A stretch of DNA of 14,345 nucleotides from Candidatus Wukongarchaeum yapensis (GCA_016840425.1 JAEOSI010000033.1:1-14345); one strand, 5' to 3'; counted from the first letter of the stretch, positions 1 through 8,530 are shown. Notes: generated by a model not told the origin, from the sequence alone. Translations and numbers: made by a program.

Positions 1-455
1 CAAAGCATATGCTCCTTCAAAGAAAACTGATCCATAAAATCCCTCAAAGTTTCTTCATCGACCTTATTCTCAAAATCAATTTTTGTTCCGACAAGCAACT
101 CGTAAGGGCTTTTTTGCCCTTTCAAAATAAAGAACTCTCTTGCTTTTTCAATCCATTTATTTAGCTCAAAAAGGGACAAAGGATTGGCCACATCATACAC
201 ATAAGCTATGCCCATAGTACCAGTAAGAAATGTTTCAGCAATAGACCAAAACTGTTTTTGACCTCCAAAATCCCACAAAGACAAAATTATCTTTTGTGAG
301 TCAACTTTAATCTTTTTAATCGCAAAATCAATACCTAAGGTCATCTCATATCCACTATTCAACGTTTGATCAGTAAAAGCTTTCAACAACGTACTTTTAC
401 CTACTCCCCCATCACCCAATAAAGCGATTTTAACAAAAAAACGGCCCTGATTCAT
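1..455 (-). CDS. Rab/Ras-like small GTPase (3' end truncated by window edge)
   Basis: Manual translation from ATG at 455: MNQGRFFVKIAFIGDGGVGKSTLLKAFTDQTLNSGYEMTLGIDFAIKKIKVDSQKIILSLWDFGGQKQFWSIAETFLTGTMGIAYVYDVANPLSLFELNKWIEKAREFFILKGQKSPYELLVGTKIDFENKVDEETLRDFMDQFSLKEHML... It has G1 GDGGVGKS, G2 MTLGIDF, G3 WDFGGQ and G4 GTKID. An in-frame TGA upstream (519-521) bounds the frame. There is no stop inside the window, which is why the ORF track omits it. Confidence 0.93.
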   Translation of the reverse strand, partial: MNQGRFFVKIALLGDGGVGKSTLLKAFTDQTLNSGYEMTLGIDFAIKKIKVDSQKIILSLWDFGGQKQFWSIAETFLTGTMGIAYVYDVANPLSLFELNKWIEKAREFFILKGQKSPYELLVGTKIDFENKVDEETLRDFMDQFSLKEHML

Positions 456-829
456 CTGTTCCTGTCTCTTTTTACCTGATAATTTTTTAACTGCGACAGC
501 AGACAAAATATACGCCTCTCAAATGTCTGAATCTTCTAATTCCCAACCGAATACCATAGAAATAAATTCTAAAACCGACTTCTAATGCAAATCTACTAAG
601 ATATATTAGGGAAAGATATTTAATCTCCCCTAATCTACAAAGAAGTACACCACCTAACTTAAAACCCCAATCTCCCCGGCTTAAAATCATTCAAATGAGA
701 GCATTTTTATCGTTCTCCACATAAATTAAACCGATAAGGTTTTAATAATAAAATGAACCAAAGGTTAATGAAGAATTTTTCATCCCTACAAACTATAACA
801 TCTAAAAATCGTTAAAGTAGGAGAGTAAA

Positions 830-1684
830 ATGGTATTCTTTGAAAGCATTGTAAAGGACTATTTGCCTCCTACCGGAGGTGAAGATACCGAATTTTTATT
901 AATTAAACTATTTTTATGGACCCTTCTAATCGCAATCGTCATTTTTGTCGCCGTAACACGGTTTTTACTGATACCCAGCTACACCGGAAGAGAACTTCCT
1001 GAAAAAGTTGAAAAAGTAGGTCCTCCTCTCAAAACCATATCCTCATTAAAAGCAGAATCAAAAGAAATTATCTCTGTTTTAAACGTAGAAAAACATGCGA
1101 TAAACACAGGTATAATCGCGGTAGAGCAGGTATATAAAAATGGTGAAATAAGTAGTGATGTATACGAAGAAATGAAAAATATATATACCAAAAGAATTCA
1201 AGAACTGGAAGAGGAGCTCCAGAAACGTTTAGGAGCGGCAGAAATTCGCAAATTAGAAGAGGAATTTGATAAAGTGCGCCTAGGTTTCATGGAACCATTA
1301 AAAACAATCGCTCCCGGTGAAGAAGGTGAAATAACAGAAATAAGTGAACCAGAAACATTGATTGAAGGAATAGAAGAACTTTCAACTATTGAAGAAGAAT
1401 TAACACCAGAAACAACTCCCTCCCCTCCTCAAGAAGAAGAGATCCCATCAGCAGAAGAAGTTGTTGAACGTGCCGAAGTTGAAGAAGAAATAATCGAAGA
1501 AGAAAAACCAGAAATAGAAGAACCCTCGCCTATATCCCCCCCTCCCGAGCTTAAAGAAGAAGAAATAGTGACTGAAGCAGAGAAAAGCGAAAAAATGTTT
1601 GCAAAATCAACAAGCATAGCAGAATTAAGATCAGAAATGCTAAAAGCGCTAAAACGATTAAAAGGCTTTATGGAAACAGAATGA
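830..1684 (+). CDS. Hypothetical single-pass membrane protein (TM helix, coiled coil, Glu/Pro-rich linker, C-terminal amphipathic helix)
   Basis: 284-aa ORF with SD-like GGAGAG at 820-825. Hydrophobic stretch FLLIKLFLWTLLIAIVIFVAVTRFLLI, predicted coiled coil (KRIQELEEELQKR...IRKLEEEFDK), low-complexity E/P linker and basic terminal helix SIAELRSEMLKALKRLK. Confidence 0.85.
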   Translation: MVFFESIVKDYLPPTGGEDTEFLLIKLFLWTLLIAIVIFVAVTRFLLIPSYTGRELPEKVEKVGPPLKTISSLKAESKEIISVLNVEKHAINTGIIAVEQVYKNGEISSDVYEEMKNIYTKRIQELEEELQKRLGAAEIRKLEEEFDKVRLGFMEPLKTIAPGEEGEITEISEPETLIEGIEELSTIEEELTPETTPSPPQEEEIPSAEEVVERAEVEEEIIEEEKPEIEEPSPISPPPELKEEEIVTEAEKSEKMFAKSTSIAELRSEMLKALKRLKGFMETE

Positions 1685-1737
1685 GAATAAAAAAATCTAA
1701 AAAAAGTAGTTATTTATGGAATTTAAACCATAGGACT

Positions 1738-2436
1738 CTATTTTTGAGTTTTTATAAGTACTTTTTGAGGCGTTGTAATTAGCGCGCGGCTTGCCATCCC
1801 GATGAAAAGTCCATTTTCAATAACGCCGGGTATCATGTTTAATTCTTTCTCCAAGCTTTTCGGATCCTTTATCTTATGAAACTTCACATCCACTATAAAG
1901 TTACCATTATCTGTTATTACAGGGCCAACTTTTCCCGTATTTGCAACCCTTAACACTGGTTTCCCGTCAATACTTTCTATTCTCTTAACTACATGGCCCA
2001 AGGCAAAAGGATGTACTTCAACAGGTATTGGATTTTTCTCTCCTAATCGTCCTACTAACTTACTTTCATCTGCAATAACTATAAACTCTTTTGCAGCGTC
2101 TGCAACTATTTTTTCTAAAAATAAGCAACCTCCTCCTCCTTTTATAAGGTTCAGATCCGGATCTATCTCATCTGCTCCATCCACTGCCAAATCCAAATTT
2201 GGATGTTCCTTCAACGTAGTTATTTTTACCCCTTTTTCTACGAGTTTAAACTTAGTATCATATGAAGATGGAACCGCTAGAATCTCCAAATTATCTTTAC
2301 TTACCAACTTCCCTAACTCTTCTATAAAATAGGTTATCGTCGTGCCACTTCCTACCCCCAAAACCATACCATCTTTTACATATTTTATGACCGCTTTGGC
2401 AGCCTTTATCTTAAGCCTAACTTGTAGATCGTTCAA
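1738..2436 (-). CDS. rpiA: Ribose-5-phosphate isomerase A
   Basis: Signature motifs LGVGSGTT, DLAVDGADEID, LIKGGGG, EKIVA, FIVIADESK and VITDNGNFIVD. TTG start. Confidence 0.97.
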   Translation of the reverse strand: MNDLQVRLKIKAAKAVIKYVKDGMVLGVGSGTTITYFIEELGKLVSKDNLEILAVPSSYDTKFKLVEKGVKITTLKEHPNLDLAVDGADEIDPDLNLIKGGGGCLFLEKIVADAAKEFIVIADESKLVGRLGEKNPIPVEVHPFALGHVVKRIESIDGKPVLRVANTGKVGPVITDNGNFIVDVKFHKIKDPKSLEKELNMIPGVIENGLFIGMASRALITTPQKVLIKTQK

Positions 2437-2488
2437 ATCTAATCATCTAGCGTTTTTTCTTTAATAAAAGAAAATATAAAAGAGTTTT

Positions 2489-5203
2489 TTAGTTTTTCTT
2501 GTTTTTTAGTGTTGCATGAGCTGCTGCCAATCTTGCAACAGGAACCCTGAACGGTGAACAGCTAACATAATCTAGTCCAACTTGGTAACAGAGCTCTATA
2601 CTTTCAGGATCGCCTCCTTGTTCACCGCAAATTCCTACCTCAAGCTTCGGATCGGCAGCCCTTCCTTCATCAACACACATCTTCATTAGTCGACCTACAC
2701 CATCCTTCTCTATCGTGACAAAAGGATCTGCTTTGAGAATCCCCTTTTTAATATAGAAAGGCAAAAATTTCCCAACATCGTCCCTACTAAATCCCATGGT
2801 CATTTGGTGTAAATCATTCGTTCCAAAAGAGAAGAATTTTGCCCCAGCTTCCACTATTTCACCAGCAGTAAGTGCAGCCCTTGGAACCTCAATCATAGTA
2901 CCTACGAGATATTCAAACTCCACACCTTGCTCCTCCATAACCTCCTTAGCGATCCTATCAACGATCTCTTTTGCCATCGCAAATTCTTTGACCATGCCTA
3001 CCAAAGGTACCATAACTTCAGGAAAAACCTTTTTACCCGCTTTTACATGCTCTATAACCGCCTCAAAAATCGCCCTCGCCTGCATCTCTATGATCTCAGG
3101 ATAAAACAAACAAAGCCTTACTCCCCGAAATCCAAGCATCGGATTAAACTCTTTAAGAGCCCGAACCTTTTCAAGCATAACCAACTTATCTCTCAATTCT
3201 TCATCCGTTTTACCTTCAAGTTTCGCTTCATAGATCTCAGTAACCAAATCAATCTCACTTGGCAAAAACTCATGAAGCGGCGGATCAATCAGCCTAACAA
3301 TCAAAGGCTTATCCCCCGTCTCCTCAAAATTCCCCTTAAAATCTTCCCTTTGAAAGGGCAAAAGCTCCATTACCGCCTTAACCCGTTCCTCCTCATTTTC
3401 AGCCAAGATCATTCTTTGAACTATCGGCAACCTATCTGGCCCAAAAAACATATGCTCAGTCCTACATAATCCCACACCAGTAGCCCCGTAATTCATGGCA
3501 TTCCTTATCTGCTCTGGAATATCTGCATTCGCCTTAACTCCAATCTCGGCTACCTCGTCACACCACTCCAAAAGCACTACTAACTCTTTCGGAAGTTCTT
3601 CAGGAACAAAAATAGGCAGCTCTCCCACGTATACTTTACCAGTAAAACCGTCTAAAGTTATCCAGTCCCGCTCAAAAACCTCTATACCGTTCTCAGAAAC
3701 AAGAACTTTTTGTCCCCCTTTTTTTGTTAACTTCATACCAGACGCTTCAGCTCCCACGATACATCTCTTCCCTATTTGACGTGCAACCAATGCAGCATGA
3801 GAAGTCATTCCTCCTCTCATAGTCAAAATTCCTTTCGAAGCTGCCATACCATGGAAATCATCTGGAGACGTTTCAGGAGCTACCAAAATAGTAGGTAACC
3901 CTTTTTCCTTCGACATCCTTTCAGCAGTATCCGCGTCAAAAGCAACCATGCCCACCGCAGCACCAGGCCCTGCAGGCAACCCTTTACCCAAATAAGTAGC
4001 CGTTAACGTTTGATCACCATCCATATACCGAGCCTTTTCCTCATCTTCCCACGGTATCGCAGGAAAAATACAGTTTTCAATATCCTCAGGAGTTACTCGC
4101 ATAATTGCTTCTTCTTTAGTTATTATTCGCTCCTGATGGAGATCGTGTGCAATTTTTATAGCTGCTTTTCCAGTACGCTTACCACTCCTTGTCTGTAATA
4201 TGTAAAACTCGCTTCGCTCAACTGTAAACTCTATATCTTGAACGTCTTTATAGTGCTTTTCTAAAATCTTACTTGCATTAACTAGTTGTTCATAAACTCT
4301 GGGCATATCACTTGATAATGCACTTACTGGTTTCGGAGTTCTGACACCTGCCACTACGTCTTCTCCTTGTGCTTTAGGCAAATATTCTCCAAAAAATTCA
4401 TCCTCGCCAGAAGCTGGATTACGTGTAAAAACTACGCCGCTAGCACTATCGTTACCCATATTACCAAAAACCATGGCTTGAACGTTTACAGCAGTTCCTA
4501 AATCATGGCTGATCTTATGATAATTCCGATAAGCTATAGCTCTAGGATTATCCCAACTTTCAAAAACAGTCTTAATCGCGGTTTCCAACTGTTCCCAAGG
4601 ATCCTCAGGAAACGGTCGCCCCGTCTCCCTCTCACACAGCTCTTTAAACTCCTTAACAACCTTTTTCAAAACAGCTACAGGCATTTCATGATCATACTTA
4701 ACCCCAACTTCGTCTTTATACTTTTCAAAAATCTCATCAAACTTCTCTCTCTTAATGCTTAAAGCCACATCTCCAAACATCATAACAAAACGACGATAAA
4801 CATCGTAAGTAAATCTTTCATCCTTAGTCTGCTTAAACAAACCCATAACAGTTTCATCATTAAGACCCAAATTCAATATAGTATCCATCATTCCAGGCAT
4901 AGAAATAGCAGCACCACTCCTCACAGAAACCAATAAAGGATTCTCCGCATCTCCAAAAAGTCTACCAAGCTTTTCTTCAACCTTATTCATAGCACTCCTA
5001 ACTTCATTCATCAACCCTTCAGGAAGCGCTTTATTATTATATTCTTTACAAACCTCAGTAGTTATGGTAAAACCAGGAGGTACAGGCAAAGCCAACTGAG
5101 TCATAGTAGCTAAACCAGCCCCCTTACCTCCTAACAATTTCTTATTGGTACCATCACCTTCCTCAAAAAGATAAACCCGTTTTTTTGTTAACTCCTTTTC
5201 CAT
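2489..5203 (-). CDS. ppdK: Pyruvate, phosphate dikinase
   Basis: Motifs LLGGKGAGL, PVPPGFTITT, LVSVRSGAAISMPGMMDTILNLGLN, phospho-His motif GGMTSHAALVAR, GLCRTEHMF, FSFGTND and catalytic-Cys loop GICGE. I placed the start at ATG 5203 because GGAGG (5212-5216) lies just upstream; the ORF track starts at 5218. Confidence 0.97.
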   Translation of the reverse strand: MEKELTKKRVYLFEEGDGTNKKLLGGKGAGLATMTQLALPVPPGFTITTEVCKEYNNKALPEGLMNEVRSAMNKVEEKLGRLFGDAENPLLVSVRSGAAISMPGMMDTILNLGLNDETVMGLFKQTKDERFTYDVYRRFVMMFGDVALSIKREKFDEIFEKYKDEVGVKYDHEMPVAVLKKVVKEFKELCERETGRPFPEDPWEQLETAIKTVFESWDNPRAIAYRNYHKISHDLGTAVNVQAMVFGNMGNDSASGVVFTRNPASGEDEFFGEYLPKAQGEDVVAGVRTPKPVSALSSDMPRVYEQLVNASKILEKHYKDVQDIEFTVERSEFYILQTRSGKRTGKAAIKIAHDLHQERIITKEEAIMRVTPEDIENCIFPAIPWEDEEKARYMDGDQTLTATYLGKGLPAGPGAAVGMVAFDADTAERMSKEKGLPTILVAPETSPDDFHGMAASKGILTMRGGMTSHAALVARQIGKRCIVGAEASGMKLTKKGGQKVLVSENGIEVFERDWITLDGFTGKVYVGELPIFVPEELPKELVVLLEWCDEVAEIGVKANADIPEQIRNAMNYGATGVGLCRTEHMFFGPDRLPIVQRMILAENEEERVKAVMELLPFQREDFKGNFEETGDKPLIVRLIDPPLHEFLPSEIDLVTEIYEAKLEGKTDEELRDKLVMLEKVRALKEFNPMLGFRGVRLCLFYPEIIEMQARAIFEAVIEHVKAGKKVFPEVMVPLVGMVKEFAMAKEIVDRIAKEVMEEQGVEFEYLVGTMIEVPRAALTAGEIVEAGAKFFSFGTNDLHQMTMGFSRDDVGKFLPFYIKKGILKADPFVTIEKDGVGRLMKMCVDEGRAADPKLEVGICGEQGGDPESIELCYQVGLDYVSCSPFRVPVARLAAAHATLKNKKN

Positions 5204-5279
5204 AACCCTAGCCTCCAAGAAAAATAAAATAAATAAAGTATAAATAAAAGAATTATTTTATTAAATTTGTGCTTTTGGG

Positions 5280-5354
5280 AGGGGGCAAGTCGGAACTCAA
5301 GATCCCCTTCATCAATAGAATTCAGAGGGGTCAGAATCATCATTCATGCCCCCT
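5280..5354 (-). ncRNA. Box C/D small guide RNA (predicted tRNA-Leu(CAA) C34 2'-O-methylation guide)
   Basis: Minus strand reads AGGGGGCAUG-A-AUGAUGA-UUCUGACCCCU-CUGA-AUUCUA-UUGAUGA-AGGGGAUCUUGAGUU-CCGA-CUUGCCCCCU. Box C is at 5337-5343, D' at 5322-5325, C' at 5309-5315 and D (CCGA variant) at 5290-5293. A perfect 8-bp GC-rich terminal stem (5280-5287/5347-5354) stands out in an otherwise very AT-rich spacer. Confidence 0.88.
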
Positions 5355-5422
5355 AAAAATATTAAAAATAAAAAATCAAATAAAAATTTTGGCTTTAAAA
5401 CCTTTTACTTTTACTTAAGTTT

Positions 5423-7489
5423 TTAAGGGCGATCCAATTTTTCTAAAAACCGGTTTATTTCATCTTTGGCATTTGCTTCCTCATACTCTATAATGAAAAA
5501 TTCTAACTCTTCCGTTTGTTTGTTCTTTTTTACGCGTCCTCTAAGTATGAACTCTTTTCCGAGAAAAGACTGCATAATATCCAAAAAGTTTTCATATGAC
5601 TGTGACCTTTTAATACTTTCATTTGCTTCTTTTGCGGTTATCCCTAAAAGCTTCTCACCAACATCTCCCGTAAAAATAGCCCGTATTCTACCTTTTCCAT
5701 CATCTAAAACTACTGCAAATAGCATTCTTGGATTTGGATCAAGAACTTTTCCATGTTCTCTGCAAACAAATCCTCCTTGCTCTTCCTCTTCAACTTTTTT
5801 AAAACACTGATCACACGCTAGATATACAGGACTCCTATCAAAAACTCTAATTAAGGTGCCTCTTATTTCGCCGAGAACCCCCTCAGACAATTCCGCTATA
5901 GAACCCCTCTCCATCTCCCTACTCTCCTCTTTTTCACTAATAAGCTCTTCAAGCCCAGGTATCTCGCCTCCTTCTCCCTCACTTAACCGTTTAATTTCGC
6001 TAAAATCTCCCAAATGAACCTCAACCATCATGGCCCCTGCTTTCATATACCCGTGGCTTACCTCCAATATGTCGCCTTCTTTCATATCCAATAACTTATC
6101 CACCCAGTCCCCCCAAGCCACTAATCTAGCAACCCCTGTCTCATCGCCAATTTTTAAACTGAAAACCTTTCCCTCCGAACCATCTGCCCTAACAAACTCC
6201 CTTACATCGAAAATTTCCACCACCCTACCGATAAGATTCACATCCTCTGCTGTAGTTCCAATCTCTCCTATCTTAACCATTCTCAACGGCTCTACATCCA
6301 AATCCTCAGAAACAACCTCTATCTCACACCGACCCCCCACACGAACCTCCAAACCCATAAACCCCTCCCTCACATAAGCACCTTTCAAAACAACAACATC
6401 CCCCTCTCCAACATTAAATTCCCCTATCTTATCCCCCCAAACAGTCGCCTTAATAATCCCTGTATCATCACCAACAAGCGTACTAAGAACTTGACCTGAA
6501 CTTCCATCTTTCCTATGAAAAACTCTTTCATCTCCTCTTTTTAACACTTTAAATTTCAATTCCACCCCATTCATCCCCTCTTTCAAATCACAAACCTTTA
6601 CCCGACCAACCCCCATAAAAGTTTCAGGCGCTTCAACTATTCTCCCCAAAACTATTTTATCCGTTTTGCTAACCCTAGTCCTCTTACCCACATGAATCTC
6701 AGTAGAATCTCCTAAACCACTACGCGTATAACCCCCCTCGATTAAAACAGTATCTCCTTCCTTAAAATCGAAAATTTCATCAACACGCTCATCCCAAAAA
6801 GTTACCCTAACAATCCCCGTCTCATCCCCTATCCTAATCGAAGCAACTCGCCCCATAGAACCGTCCTTCTTAGTATAACTTGCAACCTTGCCTATTTCAG
6901 TAACCTTGCCCACAGTATCAATATCCCGCATACCAGGATCTAAATCCACAACCCTATAACCCCTACCCGGCTCAGGAAACTTAGACACATCGACATCTTC
7001 AGGATTATGCTCAATACTCCCCGAACTACCCAAATGTATCTCCAAAACCCCCTCTCTGCCCTCCCTAGTCACCCCCGAAACTACCCTCACTATATCCCCT
7101 CTCTCAAAACCTTCTATCCTCCTAACCTGCTCATTCCACAAAACCAAAACTGCTTTCCCAGAATTATCCGCCAATAAAATATTAGCAACAACCCCCAATC
7201 CCCCATCAGACCTCGCAAAATATACAGGCGCATAAATTTTCATAATACGTGCTTCAACAGTTATATTACTTAAACCAGGCACCAAATCTCCCATTTTTAA
7301 ACTTTCAGAAACACTTCCCAGTATATCTACACCCAACTCTTGAGCGACAATATGGGCAGCACCATCCTCAGAAACTAACTCATTAAGTTCCTTCCTTTTC
7401 TCCAAAATCAACTCCCAAACCTCATCCTTAGACTTCCCAGTTTTCTCACAAATCTTCCTTATTTTTTCCTCCAAATCAGGATCAGTCAA
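5423..7489 (-). CDS. rpa: Replication protein A (multi-OB-fold ssDNA-binding protein with Zn-binding OB)
   Basis: 688 aa. Short N-terminal helical domain followed by five OB-like repeats (DNSGKAVLVLWN, DETGIVRVTFWD, DDTGIIKATVWG, DETGVARLVAWG, DDGKGRIRAIFTG). The last repeat carries CDQC-x13-CREH. TTG start with SD-like GGTGGTGG. Confidence 0.92.
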   Translation of the reverse strand: MTDPDLEEKIRKICEKTGKSKDEVWELILEKRKELNELVSEDGAAHIVAQELGVDILGSVSESLKMGDLVPGLSNITVEARIMKIYAPVYFARSDGGLGVVANILLADNSGKAVLVLWNEQVRRIEGFERGDIVRVVSGVTREGREGVLEIHLGSSGSIEHNPEDVDVSKFPEPGRGYRVVDLDPGMRDIDTVGKVTEIGKVASYTKKDGSMGRVASIRIGDETGIVRVTFWDERVDEIFDFKEGDTVLIEGGYTRSGLGDSTEIHVGKRTRVSKTDKIVLGRIVEAPETFMGVGRVKVCDLKEGMNGVELKFKVLKRGDERVFHRKDGSSGQVLSTLVGDDTGIIKATVWGDKIGEFNVGEGDVVVLKGAYVREGFMGLEVRVGGRCEIEVVSEDLDVEPLRMVKIGEIGTTAEDVNLIGRVVEIFDVREFVRADGSEGKVFSLKIGDETGVARLVAWGDWVDKLLDMKEGDILEVSHGYMKAGAMMVEVHLGDFSEIKRLSEGEGGEIPGLEELISEKEESREMERGSIAELSEGVLGEIRGTLIRVFDRSPVYLACDQCFKKVEEEEQGGFVCREHGKVLDPNPRMLFAVVLDDGKGRIRAIFTGDVGEKLLGITAKEANESIKRSQSYENFLDIMQSFLGKEFILRGRVKKNKQTEELEFFIIEYEEANAKDEINRFLEKLDRP

Positions 7490-7556
7490 AAAACGCCACC
7501 ACCATTAAAACAATAAACTCTCAATATCTAATAATATACACGACTATTTTTAAAAA

Positions 7557-8495
7557 TTAGACCACGGTGAGAGAGAAAAACGGCTTCCTAGCCGCAATAC
7601 AGACCTCTAAAAGCTTTTTTAGCTCAGATTTACTCGCCCCATTTTTTAAAGCAGTTGATACATCAATAACATCGTTTGTCATAAGACAGGGTTTAAGTTT
7701 GCCATCCCAAGTTAAACGAATCCTAGGACATTTAGCGCAAAAAACAGAATTATGCATCGGACGAACAACCTCTATAACCCCCCCATCCTTAAAATAATAT
7801 TTAGGCCTACCCTGCATCTCCCTAAGATAATAACCAACCGCCTTCTCCCTCAAACCCCCCTCCACTTCATCCATATCAACCCTAAATTCCCCAAAAACAT
7901 CCCCTCCTTTATTAGCATCAACAAGCTCGATCAACTGAAGTACCACACCATGATTCCGCGCAAAATCAAACATATCCCAAATTTCCCCATCATTTAACCC
8001 CTTAAGAAGAACCATATTAATCTTAACAAGTGAAAAAACCTCAGCACACATAATCAAACCATTCACAGCTGCCTCAAACCTCTTCGATCGGGTAATCTTC
8101 TCATAAACCTCTTCCCGAAGACTATCCAAACTAACATTAGCACGCTTCAAACCACCTTCATGCAAAGCTTCAACAATTTTATCAGAAAAAAGCGTCGCAT
8201 TAGTCGTCATCGAAATATCTTCAATACCATCAGTCGAAGAAATCGCCCAAACAACATCCACCAAATCCTCCCTAAGCAACGGCTCCCCTCCCGTAATTTT
8301 CACCCTCCTAATCCCACACTCACTAGCAGCCTCAACAACGCTCCGAATATCCCCAACACCCAACAAATCTCGGAAAGACTCCCTCGCACAACCAGAAGAA
8401 TAACCCTCAGAATGACAATAAATACAGTTTTGATTACAACGCCCAGTAACCTGTATCCTCAAATCATAAACATCACGCCCATAAGGATCCCTCAT
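7557..8495 (-). CDS. moaA: GTP 3',8-cyclase MoaA (radical SAM, molybdenum/tungsten cofactor biosynthesis)
   Basis: N-terminal DPYGR..DLRIQVTGRCNQNCIYCH (CxxxCxxC), ITGGEPLLR, SMTTN, VKINMV and C-terminal auxiliary cluster FCAKCPRIRLTWDGKLKPCL. Confidence 0.95.
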   Translation of the reverse strand: MRDPYGRDVYDLRIQVTGRCNQNCIYCHSEGYSSGCARESFRDLLGVGDIRSVVEAASECGIRRVKITGGEPLLREDLVDVVWAISSTDGIEDISMTTNATLFSDKIVEALHEGGLKRANVSLDSLREEVYEKITRSKRFEAAVNGLIMCAEVFSLVKINMVLLKGLNDGEIWDMFDFARNHGVVLQLIELVDANKGGDVFGEFRVDMDEVEGGLREKAVGYYLREMQGRPKYYFKDGGVIEVVRPMHNSVFCAKCPRIRLTWDGKLKPCLMTNDVIDVSTALKNGASKSELKKLLEVCIAARKPFFSLTVV

Positions 8496-8530
8496 CGCAG
8501 AAAAAACCCCCCAAAAAATAAAACTTACAT

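Noticed and set aside
487-690. 67-aa minus-strand ORF upstream of the GTPase
   Set aside because: No convincing SD, no recognisable domain or TM pattern. It is the only open frame here and cannot be fully excluded, but it is more likely intergenic or leader sequence.
1300-1600. GAA-rich quasi-repeats in ORF 830-1684 as a tandem repeat or CRISPR-like array
   Set aside because: They simply encode the Glu-rich linker. There is no fixed repeat unit or spacer structure.
2796-3779. Plus-strand ORFs (102, 180 and 94 aa) inside ppdK, and similar antisense ORFs inside RPA, moaA, MMPL, PhzF and rpl18e
   Set aside because: Shadow frames antisense to well-supported genes, with no motifs. The C/A skew lowers stop-codon frequency on that strand.
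5280-5354. Alternative reading of the GC-rich hairpin as a SECIS element or intrinsic terminator
   Set aside because: The upstream RPA gene ends in TAA with no in-frame TGA, so SECIS is not needed. Four ordered C/D boxes and a tRNA-matching guide explain the structure better than a terminator does.
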